A stretch of 64,000 nt of DNA, from positions 6,561,220-6,625,219 of the forward strand of contig MU054323.1 in the NCBI GenBank assembly GCA_013239625.1. The letters run 5' to 3'. The position numbers were made by a program, and so were the translations under genes. The stretch is from Lama guanicoe (lineage: Eukaryota). Positions 1 through 12,742 of this stretch are shown piece after piece. The notes under the pieces are model-generated. The model was not told where the DNA came from and ran no database searches. It saw nothing but the letters and a program-made list of their open reading frames with translations. Positions within the stretch are counted from its first letter, which is position 1, and each line of letters starts with the position of its first letter.

Positions 1-1118
1 GAGTTCTGAAAAGGCAAAAAAACAAAACAACAAAACCCTTATCGCAAGTCCATCTTTAAATGGCAGAATCCTACCACTAACTAGAACTTATTTTTATTTT
101 ATGCAAATAATTCATTTTTCCAAAACTTTTGTAGATCTCACAAGATCAATCTGGAGTCTTAAAACTTTAGATATACAACATATATTTTCTTTAGTAACAA
201 TGTACTGTTTTGGCCCTATGACTGAGAACACGTTTTTTAAAAATGTAATTGATCAAATAATAGATGGTAATATTAACGCAATTCCTTTGTGAAGGTGGTG
301 GAATTATTGGTGATTCTTTCCTCTTTTTTTCCCTCTTGTTCTTCAATATTGCAGTTTTCAATTCAAATATTAAAGAATTATTGACTGGACCCTCTATTTC
401 CTTGTATTTATAATTAGTTAATAAAAGTCACCTCAAAATTAAGAACTCAGCATATCTGATTTCTTAAAAAAATCAAAAAATACAATGCATTTTCTCAATT
501 CTAAGTGACATACACAGTAACTTCTTACCTACTAAGGATGGTTAACTTGTATTTGGGAAGTGAATTGGAACTAGAAGCAGAAAAAAACCTTAAAAATGTT
601 TTACTGTTGAAATTGCCTCAACATTTTCCTTTAAAATGTTTCCTATTAAACAATTATGTATGTAGGCATACATGATCCTTCATAAAAGGGCAAACAAACT
701 AATTTTATATGCATATTACTAAATGAATCTTTAGTGGTTTAATCAGTTTACAGTCAACGTATGCTGTCAAAAACACCTTTAATATTCTCCACCTTACAGC
801 ACCATGTTTTTTGTCCTCCAGTTTTATGCATCAAACACGATATACCTTTAGGTTCTCCTTAGCCATGCAAAGGCAAGCACACATGCCAGATGATACTGCA
901 GTATATGCTTATATTTAGTCTCAGGATTTACTGCATAATATTCTAATAGAAAATATATGCAATGTTCTGAAATAAATTATCCAAATATTTTCAACAAGAA
1001 TACTTTAAGTTTTGCATTTATAAGCTTAAGGAAAATATCTAAATGAATATTTTATAACCTCAACCACAAAAAAAATCCTATAACCTTTTTATCTTGCCAC
1101 AAGCATAAAGCTGCTTAC

Positions 1119-1149
1119 CATTCATAGCTGTGGGAAACTGAGCCATCAT
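1119..1149 (-). CDS. ITSN2: Intersectin-2, first coding segment (MMAQFPTAMN + first base of Gly), phase-1 donor; rest of the gene lies left of the window
   Basis: Minus strand reads ACC ATG ATG GCT CAG TTT CCC ACA GCT ATG AAT G|gtaagc, matching the recalled intersectin-2 N-terminus MMAQFPTAMNGG; canonical donor at 1118-1113. Confidence 0.95.
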
Positions 1150-1182
1150 GGTCCTGAATTTTCCTTGCTAGCTCTCAGCCAT
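1119..1182 (-). other. ITSN2: ITSN2 exon 2 (64 nt: 33 nt 5'UTR + 31 nt CDS)
   Basis: Acceptor gatgttttcatgttgcag| with AG at 1184-1183; donor |gtaagc. Confidence 0.85.
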
Positions 1183-2987
1183 CTGCAACATGAAAACATC
1201 GTGCCATTAATAATACAACAAGGGCAGATCACTGCTTAGTGTAGCCACTAAGCAGTGGGAATGTTTGACCCTTCAGCTCACATTTAAAACAGAAAACAAT
1301 GAGCTTCTGCTAAACAGGCAGAATTTAAATTTGGGGAAGGCAGGAGATTTTGTTGGGTAATGGTGCTGCCTTTAAAGTAAAACCATTTAAAAAGAACAAT
1401 CAAATATTTAACAGCAAATAATGAATAAGGAAACCTCTGGCATGAACCAATTTTACAGAAATTAATTTGGAAAAGAGGAGAGTTGTTATAACTAGGCAAG
1501 AATTTCAGAGAAATCAATTGTATAAATTAAGTGTACAATAACATGGAAATCCATAATATTCCTCTTCCTCAGAAAACCCCAAGCGAGAAAAATATCCAAA
1601 ATAATGGTGGCGTAACTATTTAATCAATAAAACAAAAATATTTATTTAAACATAAGTGTGCTGAGCAAATATTCTGCACTAGGAAGAGAAGGGAATTTGG
1701 AAATGAAGAATTCTGGGTTCAAATTCCAACTCTGCTATTTTCCTAGCTGAGACTGTGGAATAGCTATTTAACCTTCTGAAGTCTCACATTTCTCACCTGT
1801 AAAAATACTTTGCAGGAGTTTTTTTTTTTTTAAAGTATTAAACATAATCCAGTGCACTGCCTGATATACAGTGAGTGTTTGATAAATGGCTTCCTGGATG
1901 TCCAGGAAAAAGAGTGTAATATAATTCTGAACCCTGAATTCAGTTATCTTATTATGAATAAATTTAAAAATAACAATTTGTTCCATGAATCTTGAGGGTA
2001 GCATCATTAGGGAGAGTGGAGTCCTAACAAACTTACAATAATGCACTTAATAATTAAAACCATGGATTATAACATTGCAGGAAACCACTACTATCTTAAA
2101 AACCATTTAGTAACTCATCTATTTACCCAAGTCATTTAAATACTAATATTTTTAGAAGACTGAGGAAAAACAAGCCATTTGAACAAGAAAGTATAAAGAG
2201 TGGAATGTATTACAGTGGAAGGTATTACCTGAGAAGCTGGCTGACTAGCTGCCAAGAAGTGTTACAAGGTACCATACCATAGTGAATGGGATGTGCTCAA
2301 AGAGAAAGATGACTGTCCCAGAATAACCACCAAAAGTGAGCTGTACTAACAGAAAACTGGTATGTAAATCCAGTATTAATTTACAATGAGAAATTCAATG
2401 GCTACGAGACAAACAAGAACTTTTCTTCCTACAAAGGAAACTATCAGTAAATTTTGGCCAGATCTTTGTGTGGTGAGCAAAGGATGTTAACTGTGATTAG
2501 AATGTTTAACAGCATCAGGGATCGGCAGTCTGATACATCTACCTACACGACAGGGACAAGCAAGGATTGGGCAGTAGGGACAGGCAAACCTCCAACAGTG
2601 CTTTCAATGGCACTGTCAATTTTGCTCTTCTGACTCCCAGCTTTTCTGTATGTTACCACTGTATACCATCCTCCCGCCGTTCATAGTGCACATTCTTTCT
2701 TTATATGTTAGTTTCACTGCAACGGAACTTTAAACCCGTTACCACACTTGTACTTCACCTATCACTACACTCTCCTTGGGTAGGAGGAAATGTCACCCAT
2801 GTACAAGTTGGTTTTCTTCACTCTTTTCCCAAAAAGTATTGTAAACTTCAGGTTGGAAACTGCTTACCATACAGAAAAATAATACTTAAACTGTGGTGGG
2901 ATGGTCAAGAACTCCTAGAGGAGTTATAACTGTAATGTAAAGAACCTTGAACCTGTCTTTGAAAATGAGTTCTAAAAGGTTTAAAGG

Positions 2988-3840
2988 AGGTTCCTCAAAA
3001 AACAAGAAAAATCTGAAACAACCTAGCCTACTACCTAAAGGAATTAGAAAAAGAACAAGCAAACCTAAAGTCAGCAGAAGGAAAGAAATAATAAAGATCA
3101 GAGAGGAAATAAATACAATAGAGATTTAAAAACAACAAGAAAAAAATCAATAAAACCAAGAGCTGGTTTTTTGAAAGAGTAAACAAAATTAACAAACCTC
3201 TGGCCAGGCTCACCAAGAAGAAACAAGAGAGGACTCAAAGAAACAAAATAAGAAATGAAAGGGGAGAAATAATAACTGATACCACAGATATACAAAAAAC
3301 CATAAGAGAATACTATGAACAATTATATGCCAACAAATTGGACAACCTAGAAGAAATAGACAAGTTTCTAGAAATATAGAGTCTACCAAAACTGAATCAA
3401 GAACAAATAGATAATCTGAATAGACTAATCACTAGAAATGAAATAGAATCTGTAATTTACAAAAACACCCTGTAAACAGAAGTCCAGTTCGGGATGGCTT
3501 CACTCAGGAACTCTACCGACCATACAAAGAATAACTTCACCAAGCCACCATCACCCTGAAACCAAAACCAGACAAAGACACTACCGAAAAAGAAAACTAC
3601 AGGCCAGTATCTTTGATGAATATAGATGCAAAAATTCTCAACAAAATATTAGCAAATCAAATCCAACAAACACATAAAAAAGGTCACACTGGATTCATAC
3701 CTAGGTCACAAGGATGATTCAACATATGCAAATCAACTAATATGATACACCACATCAACAAGGGACAAGACAAAAACCACGTGATCATCTCAATAGATAC
3801 AGAAAAAGCATCTGACAAAGTTTCAAGTCCATTATGATAA
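2988..3840 (+). mobile_element. LINE-1 internal ORF2 fragment (degenerate), inserted in an L2
   Basis: Translates to [23 protein letters not shown]...[21 protein letters not shown]...[35 protein letters not shown], typical L1 ORF2, with stops and deletions. Confidence 0.95.
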
Positions 3841-3849
3841 AGGGATTTA

Positions 3850-4150
3850 AAGAGGGACACAGTCAGATTTTACTTCAGACAATCAGCTGTGAAGAAAAGG
3901 CCTGCAGCAGGAAGATCAGTTAGGGAACAGCTGAGAATATCTGGCACCTGATCTAGAACAATGGCAGCAGGAACGGAAGACAGGGGATGAACTGGAGAAA
4001 CAATGAAGAGTTTAAAGCAGGTAGAACTCAGGGACTCTTTAGACATAAGGGATCACAGAGCAAAAAGAATCAAAGAGATGACTCCCAGAATTACAGTTTA
4101 CGAGACTGAGTAAGGTGTAGTGTCATCAGCTAAAAACAGTGAACACAGAA
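3850..4150 (-). mobile_element. L2 fragment
   Basis: Purine-rich degenerate L2-like motifs (cagattttacttcagacaatc, atgactcccag). Confidence 0.5.
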
Positions 4151-7061
4151 GTCTCATCTATCAGGTTTTGACTGCAACTTCCTCAAATACAGAAATTCTA
4201 CAAATAAGTACAACTCTTTTACTTCCCCAATTTTAAATTATCGTAACTAATGTTAAACCAAAATCTGCCAAATTCCTGCAAAGAAACTATTTACTTACAG
4301 ACATGTAGTAGCAAGGGCCCCTATTTTACTAGGTCTCTGTAAGAGAATTTTTAAATGTGGGAAAAATCCTCTAAAAGCATTACCTACGTTGCATTTTAAA
4401 GCTGCATAAAAGCATGTGCATTACTAAAGAGAGTTTGAAGAAAAAGCAAGAACTTACAACAGACAAATAAGGAACAGGATCCCACAGTCACAAAGCCTTC
4501 ATCAGTTAGATCTAGGTCTATCTAGGACCTCTGGCTAGTCATCACATATTCTGTGAATACAACAGAATGCCACATAACAGATGCTCAATAATTACACGTA
4601 TAATCCTGGAATAAAACCAAAAAATCAATCACATAATATAAGAGTCAGGGAGGGAAAATCCCCTCAGGGAAGCTGAAGGCACTGGTATTACAGAACACTC
4701 CTCACCAGGTACAGGGGATATAGCTACCCATGCATGCAGAAACCACAGTACAACATGTATGTATGTAACATGCGATTGACTGTGGTAACATCTAAATATG
4801 GTGGCATAATTTATTGTAATCAATAGGCCTGTATAGCGTGCCATTTCATATCCATTACATTTATATCAATTCTCTCTGGCCTGTTGTAGAATTACCTATT
4901 GCTTAACAATTCTACTACTCTAAAAACAAAACACAAAAAACAAACAAACAAAAACAATTCTATTAATCTATACTTAGAGAAATAATAACTGAAATTTTGA
5001 AAAATGCAAGATACATTTGACATTTTTGAAAAAATCAACAATTGTACTTTATGTAATAATAACAGTAATCATTTACTAAGTGCTTATTGTTAATGTATTT
5101 TATTATCATCTATCTGTCATACTTAGTATTCACTGAGAATCTAAAATGTTCCAGGTTCTATACAAGGAGCTTCACAGATAGGAACTTGTAGACTAGTCCA
5201 CTTGGTGCCAGATACAGGTAGGTACCTTTGATAATACAAATAATCCTCTCAGTATCCCTGCAGGGCAGAAGATTTCACAAAATAAGAAACTGTAAGGTTA
5301 AATTACCTGCTGAAATTCAATAAGTGATAAAGTCAGGATGTAATCCCATACCTGTCTAGTTCTAAAGTCCATGAACTTCCCATGGGCTTTATCTGCCTCT
5401 TTCTTTCTTAAATGGGGATAATAATCAATGCTGAGTAGGTCACATGTTCCTGCAAGCAGCAGTCAACTTAATGTTGGTACATTTATAAGGGAGAAAAAAA
5501 AACAAGCCAGAGACGCCCTCCAACACATAGGTCTACATCAATCACATTCATAAATTAGGAAGTGCTAATTATACCTTACCTCTTGGTATGACCCTTTGAG
5601 GGGAAGAAAAGGGTAATCAGCATCACCCTGGTTACATGCCTGATGCCTATCTCAGGCACGTGTGACTGAAGTCAGCATCCGATAAACACCTCTCTCTACT
5701 CCTTAAAGGGGGTAATGTGTAATGATGGGCAATATTGGCAGTTTGTAGTTATCACATAATTTGAACACTGTATTAGTTATCAATAGTTTTAGAATATTTA
5801 TGTGGAGAGTTTCCTGCTCATTATAAGTAAGTGGAGAACTGGCATTTTCATCTTTTTAGAAACCAAGAAAATATATGTAGTAGATAGCAGGCTTAAGGCA
5901 AAGAAGATTGCTTTGATTTAATATAATCCAAGTGCATTTTGGAGAATGTGGGAGATACATTCATACTAAGGCAGAGAAAAGTAGAAATGCTTGAACAGGT
6001 GTAGGAAATTCTTCCACAGAAGAGTCAGTAAGACCCAGAAAGAAAAAAAAAGTAGCCATTATAAGTAAAAAGTAGTTCAATTAAGTTGGACTTGTTTAGA
6101 AGTACAGAATTATACAAGCAAACAATCAGAGTAATTATTTAGTCTAAAATCCTCAATTTTCAAGATGGGAAAATAAGAGATTTCTATGAGCTCACATTGC
6201 TAGTCAGTAGCAAAACTGGCCCTAGAAACCAAATTTCTTACATCCAATGCTATGTTTTTTAATTTCCCAACTTGCCTGATTATATTACCTGGGACATTTT
6301 CTAGTTCTACAGATTCCCAGGCCCATAACCAGGAGATTGTGACTCAGTCGTTATGTGAATTAGGGTATGAACCTCCTAAATGGTCTATCTATCTTGAGAT
6401 CTTTCCACAGAGTAACTAGTTTTTTCCATAACACCCACCAGTGCCCCCTCTGCTTAAATTCCCTCACATAGTTACAAGTTAAAGCCCAAAATTCTTCATA
6501 AGAAATACGGTACCCTTCAGAATCCCACCCCAATCTACTTTACCACATTCACCTCTAGACACTTCCCTAGATTCAGATGTCCTAAGTACAGCAAACTTTT
6601 CTCCAAACAGATGCTTTTTTCACTCCTATTCCTCTGTTCCCTCTGTAACATTCACCACACTTTCTCCTCGTTCTTCAACTCCCAAACATCACCTCTTCCT
6701 TGGAAGACTTCTGTCCTCTCAAATAATTAGTCACTATCTCCTAGGTATGTCCATAATACTTGTTCATCCCACAATAACTTCACTTATCATATTGTATCTC
6801 AATTTCCCATGTTTGCCTGCCTCACTTATTCTGGACAGAGATCATTTTTATTTACCTCTATGCCTAGTGGCTAAACCAGATCTCCCAGAGAAAATGCTCA
6901 ATAAATATTTGCTGAACAAATAAATGAACTGGGTACATGAATAAGACGGTTGAGACACAAGAAAAAAGAAAAGTAAGCAGGGGAGGCATGAAGAAAGGTA
7001 ATGCTGAACCGAATATGCATATAGAAAAGAAACTAAGAAACCGGTAAGAAAGCAGAGCAGG

Positions 7062-7232
7062 GTGGGGAGTATAGCTCAGTGGTAGAGCACAGGCTTAGCA
7101 TGCACGAGGTCATGGGTTCAATCCCCAATAACTCCGTTAAATAAAAAGTAATAGTAATAAATAAATAAACCTAACTACCTCCCTATTTTAAAAAAATAAT
7201 AATTTTTTTTAAAAAAAAGCAAGCAAGCAAGC
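7062..7232 (+). mobile_element. tRNA-Ala-derived SINE (camelid Vic-1-like)
   Basis: A box TAGCTCAGTGG, anticodon loop CTTAGCATG, B box GGTTCAATCC, AT-rich body, A/(GCAA)n tail; TSD AAGCAGAGCAGG at 7050-7061 and 7233-7244. Confidence 0.9.
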
Positions 7233-8479
7233 AAGCAGAGCAGGCTCCAAACTACTTTCTTAAAACCTACAGGCATCAGAGCTGTGGATTTTAAATTGTC
7301 CCTTGCAACATGGCCCTTTTGCAACTTTTTTTTTTTTAAGTACATTTTAGAGATAAAGGTTTATTTACCATTGAATTCTGAAGGCTTTTGTATGGGCTGG
7401 GAGAAAGGCTTGGGCTTTTCAATTATACTTTGAATAATGTTAGTTAAATGTTGAGTAGTGTAAATAGATTTGACTGAAGGTCTGACATGCAAAAGCAAGA
7501 TAATCAAGTTCCTGGAAGCATATCTTATAAAACTTTCTCCAGTGCCTCCTCCACTTCGCATGCTACATACACAAGAGCCAACTCTTCAAACCTGATGATT
7601 AGTTGGGAAAAATGTTCCCCATCCGATTCCCAAGGAAATCAAGGTCAGTTCCACGAAAGAATAACTGGAGCAAAATACTTACTTCTTTAGTTACTGAAGT
7701 AAGATGAAACTTACAGAGTACATATATTCTCCAAACCTGTTCTCCACATATCTATTCATTCTTTCTTTCTTTCATCCAAGTATTTACTCATCAAACATGA
7801 CTAGTCACTAAAATAAAAGGGTATGAAGAATGTTATGAAAACCCAGAGGATAAAACTAACACTACATGAGAGTTAAATCAAAGTATAGTACATATCACAC
7901 AGGAGAAAATATTTGTGTAAGAATGATCTAACAAGAGGTCACTGTCAAAGTAAGTGGGCTTCTCATGTCCTTAAAGTAAAAGACATTGTATGGGTGTATG
8001 GATAGGCCCTGTAACAAAACAAGAAAAAATATCTGAATCTAAGGGCATGACTGGTTACAAGAAAGAATGTACACAGCCAGTATACCAGTAGAGCCATGCC
8101 TACTCAAATACTGTGTGATTTGAGAGTGATGTGATTTCAGAGAACTCATTCTTAAGTGTTAAAAGAGACCTTAAGAAACGCAGTTGTTTCCAATTGTGCT
8201 CCCTACACAAGTTCTAGAAACTTTAAGGAGATACAACACAAGTGGGTTAGGGAAGAGGTGAGGTTGGGAGAGGATATCAATTTCAATGAAAGTAGCTCTG
8301 TTTTTGTGTTTTACATATTGAGGCTTCTCTGTATTTTATCTGAAGATTTTTTGAAGAGTTAAACACATACTGAAATTCATCCCCTTCATTTAGAAACAAT
8401 TAAAGAGCAGCCAAAGAAATGAAGTAACCTGCCAAGGTGATCCAATTTAAAGAATAAAGTATGTCATGCTATTGATTTT

Positions 8480-9700
8480 GAACTTTATTATGCAAGTCAT
8501 AGAGAGTCAGTATTTAAAACACAGCATATATCTGAGCTAGAGACCCAGATTTGGTAGTCATCAGGAATTGGGAATGGTCATCATCATGTCAAAGAATGCC
8601 ATTATCCAGGGAAAGCATATATACGAAAAAGGCAAGAACCTGGTCTTTTAAGGGCAGACAGAAAGAATTGTGACAAACAGTACAGGAACTGAACTGGACT
8701 TAAGCGTCTTGAGACAGAGTCACCAGTTATGAAATGACTGGCATAATCCAGGTGGTGAGAATCTGAAGTTAGGAAGTGGAAAGAGGCTTTTCAGAGGCAG
8801 AATGAGCAGGATTTTCTGATCAGCTAAATGTGGATGATGAAAGAATAGCAACACAGATGAGTTTCTAACCTCAGTGACTACAGAGTGATAATATTAACCA
8901 ACAGAAGCTCTAAGAAAGTAAGGATTTGGAATATTAGATTTGGGGAGTGAGCAACAAAATGGTCAATTTTGAGCACACCTAATCTGATATACTTACAAAG
9001 ACATCTAGATGGAGACATCCAAGAAATTGTAAGAATTCTACTCAAGCTAGAGATCCGTATTTGGTAGTCATTAGGGATTGGGAAGAGCTGTAAACATGTC
9101 AGTGAATGGTATTATCCAGGAAAAGCATGTATAGGAAACAGGAGAAGAATAATCAGAACAGAGGCTGAGAAAAAGGAGAGAAATCCTGATATAGAGTTAA
9201 GAGACTCAAGGAGATGATGGTCATAAATGCCAAATGTCACAGAAATCAAGACTAAGCCATTAGTTCTGGCAATCTGTTGTGAGCGCAGTTCCAGTACGGT
9301 GAACTGGCTGTAAAAGTCATGTTGAAGTAGATTAGGCAGTAAATAGGAGGTACAGTGTAAGTGACCCAAGAAGTATGTTGTTAAGGGAAGAAGAAAGGGT
9401 AGGAGAAGAGATAAGAAGCTTTAGGGAAGAGGCAAGGTTATAAGGCTTACTTTTTAGATGGAGAATAAAACTATTTTTAGAGGAAGAGGGAGAGAGATAA
9501 TTTCCCTCAAAAAAGGAAAAGGAAAAGAAGTTACCTAATGAAATGGAAGTTGACAGCTCAAGGGTATAAAGTTAGAGCATGGGACAGAATAAAAGAGAAA
9601 AAGTGGTAAGGATGAATAAAGATATCCTAAAGCAGAGGAAAATGGACTTGAGAAAATGAGAAAGTACAGCTTTTCTTTGTAACCCTTCTCTCTCTCTTTC
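8480..9700 (-). mobile_element. Degenerate L2 fragments
   Basis: L2-like motifs such as gctagagatccgtatttggtagtcatt and atgagtttctaacctcagtgact. Confidence 0.6.
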
Positions 9701-10309
9701 CTTTCGGCTCAAATGACAGCCCAAAGGGTCAGGCTGAAAACAGATTCTTTGATATCCCAGGCCCTCAAGTGCCTATACACAAATTTCTCCTCTGTACAAG
9801 CCAAAAAAGAGGACACATGAAAATCAGTTCCCATGAATCAACCAGACATGTGCATTTCAGCTTGTGTTCAAATTAGCTTATACCTTACACATCGAAACAT
9901 TTGTTAAATTTATGGATGTGGGAAAAACATTCAAGGTAGAGGTAAACAGCACAATGCAAAAGCAGAGGGAAGAGTGTGGTCTAAGAAAATAGGTGGCTGC
10001 TTATTCACATGAAATAGTGAAGAGCTAGTAAGGCAAGGAACAATAACAGTAGCTGTAAAAATAAGTATTGTATCAATACTTAGCCAGTGTACGTGTGTAT
10101 CAGCACGACCTTTCTGGAAAGGAATTTGTGCTTATTTATAGCCTGCCTTATTCCGAAAAGAATTAAAGCCTCCACAAAAATACAAAATACATTTAATTAA
10201 AAAGTAGATTAATAAATGAAGGCAAATAGAAAATACGTGATCACTGTATTTCCAACTTTTGTATATCTTTGACAATTTTCATAATAAAAGTTGAAAAAGA
10301 AAACTACCT

Positions 10310-11360
10310 TTTGATCTTCATGCATCTGACTGGACCACTGGCTCTCCTCCTTCACTGCTGTCCCCTACAATCACCAGAGTAATTCCGTGACTGCATTAAC
10401 ACTTCACTATTTACTCTCCAACATTATTGCCACAATCTTCGGTATTTCAATAACCACATAGATGATCCTGCCCATATCCTGGCCTCTAGGTCTTTGATCT
10501 CCTGTATTCCAAAAATCTTATCATCCATCTTAACTATCCACTCCCAGGCCACACCCTAGGCCTTATTATTACCAAAAACTATGCTCTTCAGTAATCCAAT
10601 TCAGGTCTTGCATGCCCCTTTCACCACCACCTATCTCAATAGCCTGGTCTCTCCAGTTTCCTGATCCCAACAATTCTTTAACTCTACCTGGACCTACGAA
10701 CTATTGGTCTCTTCACTGTCCCTCATTTTTCCTTTTTTTTAAAATATTTTAAGAAGTGTTTTTATTTTATTTTATTTTATTGAGCTATAGTCAGTTTACA
10801 ATGTTGTGTTCAATTTCCAATATAGAGCACAATTTTTCAGTCATACATGAACATACATATATTCACTGTCACATTCTTCTTCACCATGAGCTACCACAAG
10901 ATCTTGTATATACTTCCCTGTGCTATACAGTATAAACTTGTTTATCTATTCTATATACATCTGTCAGTATCTACAAATTTCGAACTCCCAGTCTGTCCCT
11001 TCCCCCCTCCCTCATTTTTTCTTACATCCTCACATCCCCTTCCTTATGCCCTAATATCCCTCCTAAACCAAATTAAATATTACAATCCACCATTATAAGC
11101 AGTTCATTGTATACATCCTCAACTTCACTCTTCTCTCTTCCTACATATACTATACATCTAGCAACCCCAGTTTTTTCTAAATCCAACTCTCTAGTTATTC
11201 CATCACTACATAAATGAAGGTGCTGGCTGGTCTCACTTTAAATTCCTGACCACTAACTCAAGTGGGCCTTTGTCCTGCCTGACAAGTCCACATTTCCCTA
11301 GTCCATTTGCTTTCCCAGTCTCCCAGATGACTACTTCACACTCCACTTTTAATCTCCCAG
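10310..11360 (+). mobile_element. L2 fragment interrupted by an L1 3' end
   Basis: C/T-rich L2 ORF2-like sequence (cactcccaggccacaccctaggccttattattacc; gctggtctcactttaaattcctgaccactaac). Confidence 0.6.
10731..11008 (-). mobile_element. 5'-truncated L1 3' end
   Basis: T-rich tail followed by L1 3'UTR motifs (tatagtcagtttacaatgttgtg, cttccctgtgctatacag); TSD CCCTCATTTTT at 10720-10730 and 11009-11019. Confidence 0.85.
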
Positions 11361-11593
11361 ATTTACGTATGTTGTAAATACTTTTTTATCCAGCTTGTCG
11401 TTACATCAACTTCTTTAGTTTTATGCCAAAATTTGTCAGTCTTTTCCTTTACGACTACTGAGTATGCTAGCATGCTAAGAAAGGCCAGTCTCATATCATA
11501 AAACTGCCCTATATTTTTTTCTAGTATCTATATTTTAAAAAAGTATGTATTTGATCTATCTGGATTTTTATTTCAGGGTGGGAAGATAGATAT

Positions 11594-12514
11594 TGAGGAC
11601 CCTGTGGAGTCCTCCCTGGTAAGAATCTTTCCTGCATTTCTTGTTTGTAAGAAACAGGCTTCATTTAGCCTCCTTGACCTTCCCTGAATTTCAAAGGGCA
11701 GATTTAAATAGTTGTTAATCTGGGAAGGGAGGGAGTGCAGAAACAAGGGAGGAGCAGTCAAGAAACAATGGTGCAGCCTTGGGGCAGGGTCCTAGTTCCT
11801 CTTCAAGGAATAAACATAACAACATCTTTAAATTCTTCTGCAGGAACTAAGCCCCTCTTCCCCAAGCCCTAACTCTCGTTTATGGCTGAGCAGAATATTT
11901 TGGGGGGGGGGGGGACACTGTGTCCACCAGATTGCTGGCATTTTGATTAAAAGCAACCTTCCTTTTGTTACTAAGGCTGTTGTCCCAGGTTCATACCCTT
12001 GCTCCTCCTTCAAATAGAAACTAGTTACTCTTATCTAAGTCTCAGGAGGAAGCTGCAAACAAAAAAACAAGAACTGGTTAAAACCTGTGAAGCCCAAGAT
12101 GGTGGAGGATCTGGCTTCCAGTGGACCTTGAGCCTTCTTATATGCTCATTATAGTGTATTACCATGCTAAATGACACACCCACCAGTGCCTTGACAGTTG
12201 ACAACTGCCATGACAACAACCTGAAGAGTCCATACAACGGTGGAAGACAAGGTGATTGGCTCCATCACACCAGGAAGGAAGACATGATGGTAAATGCCTC
12301 CCATAAAAGTCCACATGGCCTGAGCCACAGCTGGAGCTGTCTCTATTGGCCATCTTGGCTGACAGTTTCCTACTCAAGAGCCTTTCTTTCCTTTTTTCCT
12401 TCTGAGCAGTAAAGTAGCCATTCATTTTGTCCCTCTGCCTCTTCTTCACAGCTGGCAGCAAATATTCACACTTTTGTGGGCCCCCTAATTTAGGGGTCTC
12501 TCTATCCACTAACA
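11594..12514 (+). mobile_element. ERV1-class solo LTR, composite, with a MER41-like 3' part
   Basis: TG...CA termini with ATAT flanks; MER41-like core gctcattatagtgtattaccatgctaaatgacacacccaccagtgccttgacagttgacaactgccatgacaac. Confidence 0.75.
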
Positions 12515-12636
12515 ATATGAGTCTAAATTGTTTTCACCACTCTTTCACCACCATCACCACTTACAATGTCAAGCATTTTTTTCTGAGACCATTTATGAAA
12601 TTTAGCTTTTCCTAACTGATTTAAAATGTATCTCTT

Positions 12637-12742
12637 GGGGGGGGGGGTTAGCACAGTGGTAGTGTGTTCTAGGTTCAATCCCTAGTACCTCCATTAAAAT
12701 AAATAAATAAATGAACCCAATTACCCCCCCCGCCCAAAAAAA
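12637..12742 (+). mobile_element. Short tRNA-derived SINE (Vic-1-like, anticodon region deleted)
   Basis: A box TAGCACAGTGG, B box GGTTCAATCC, same 3' body as the 7062 copy; TSD-like AAAATGTATCTCTT / AAAAAGCATCTCTT. Confidence 0.8.

Noticed and set aside
7062..7136. tRNA-Ala(AGC) gene
   Set aside because: Imperfect stems, followed by a SINE body, A tail and TSD; it is a SINE (same for 51775-51850)
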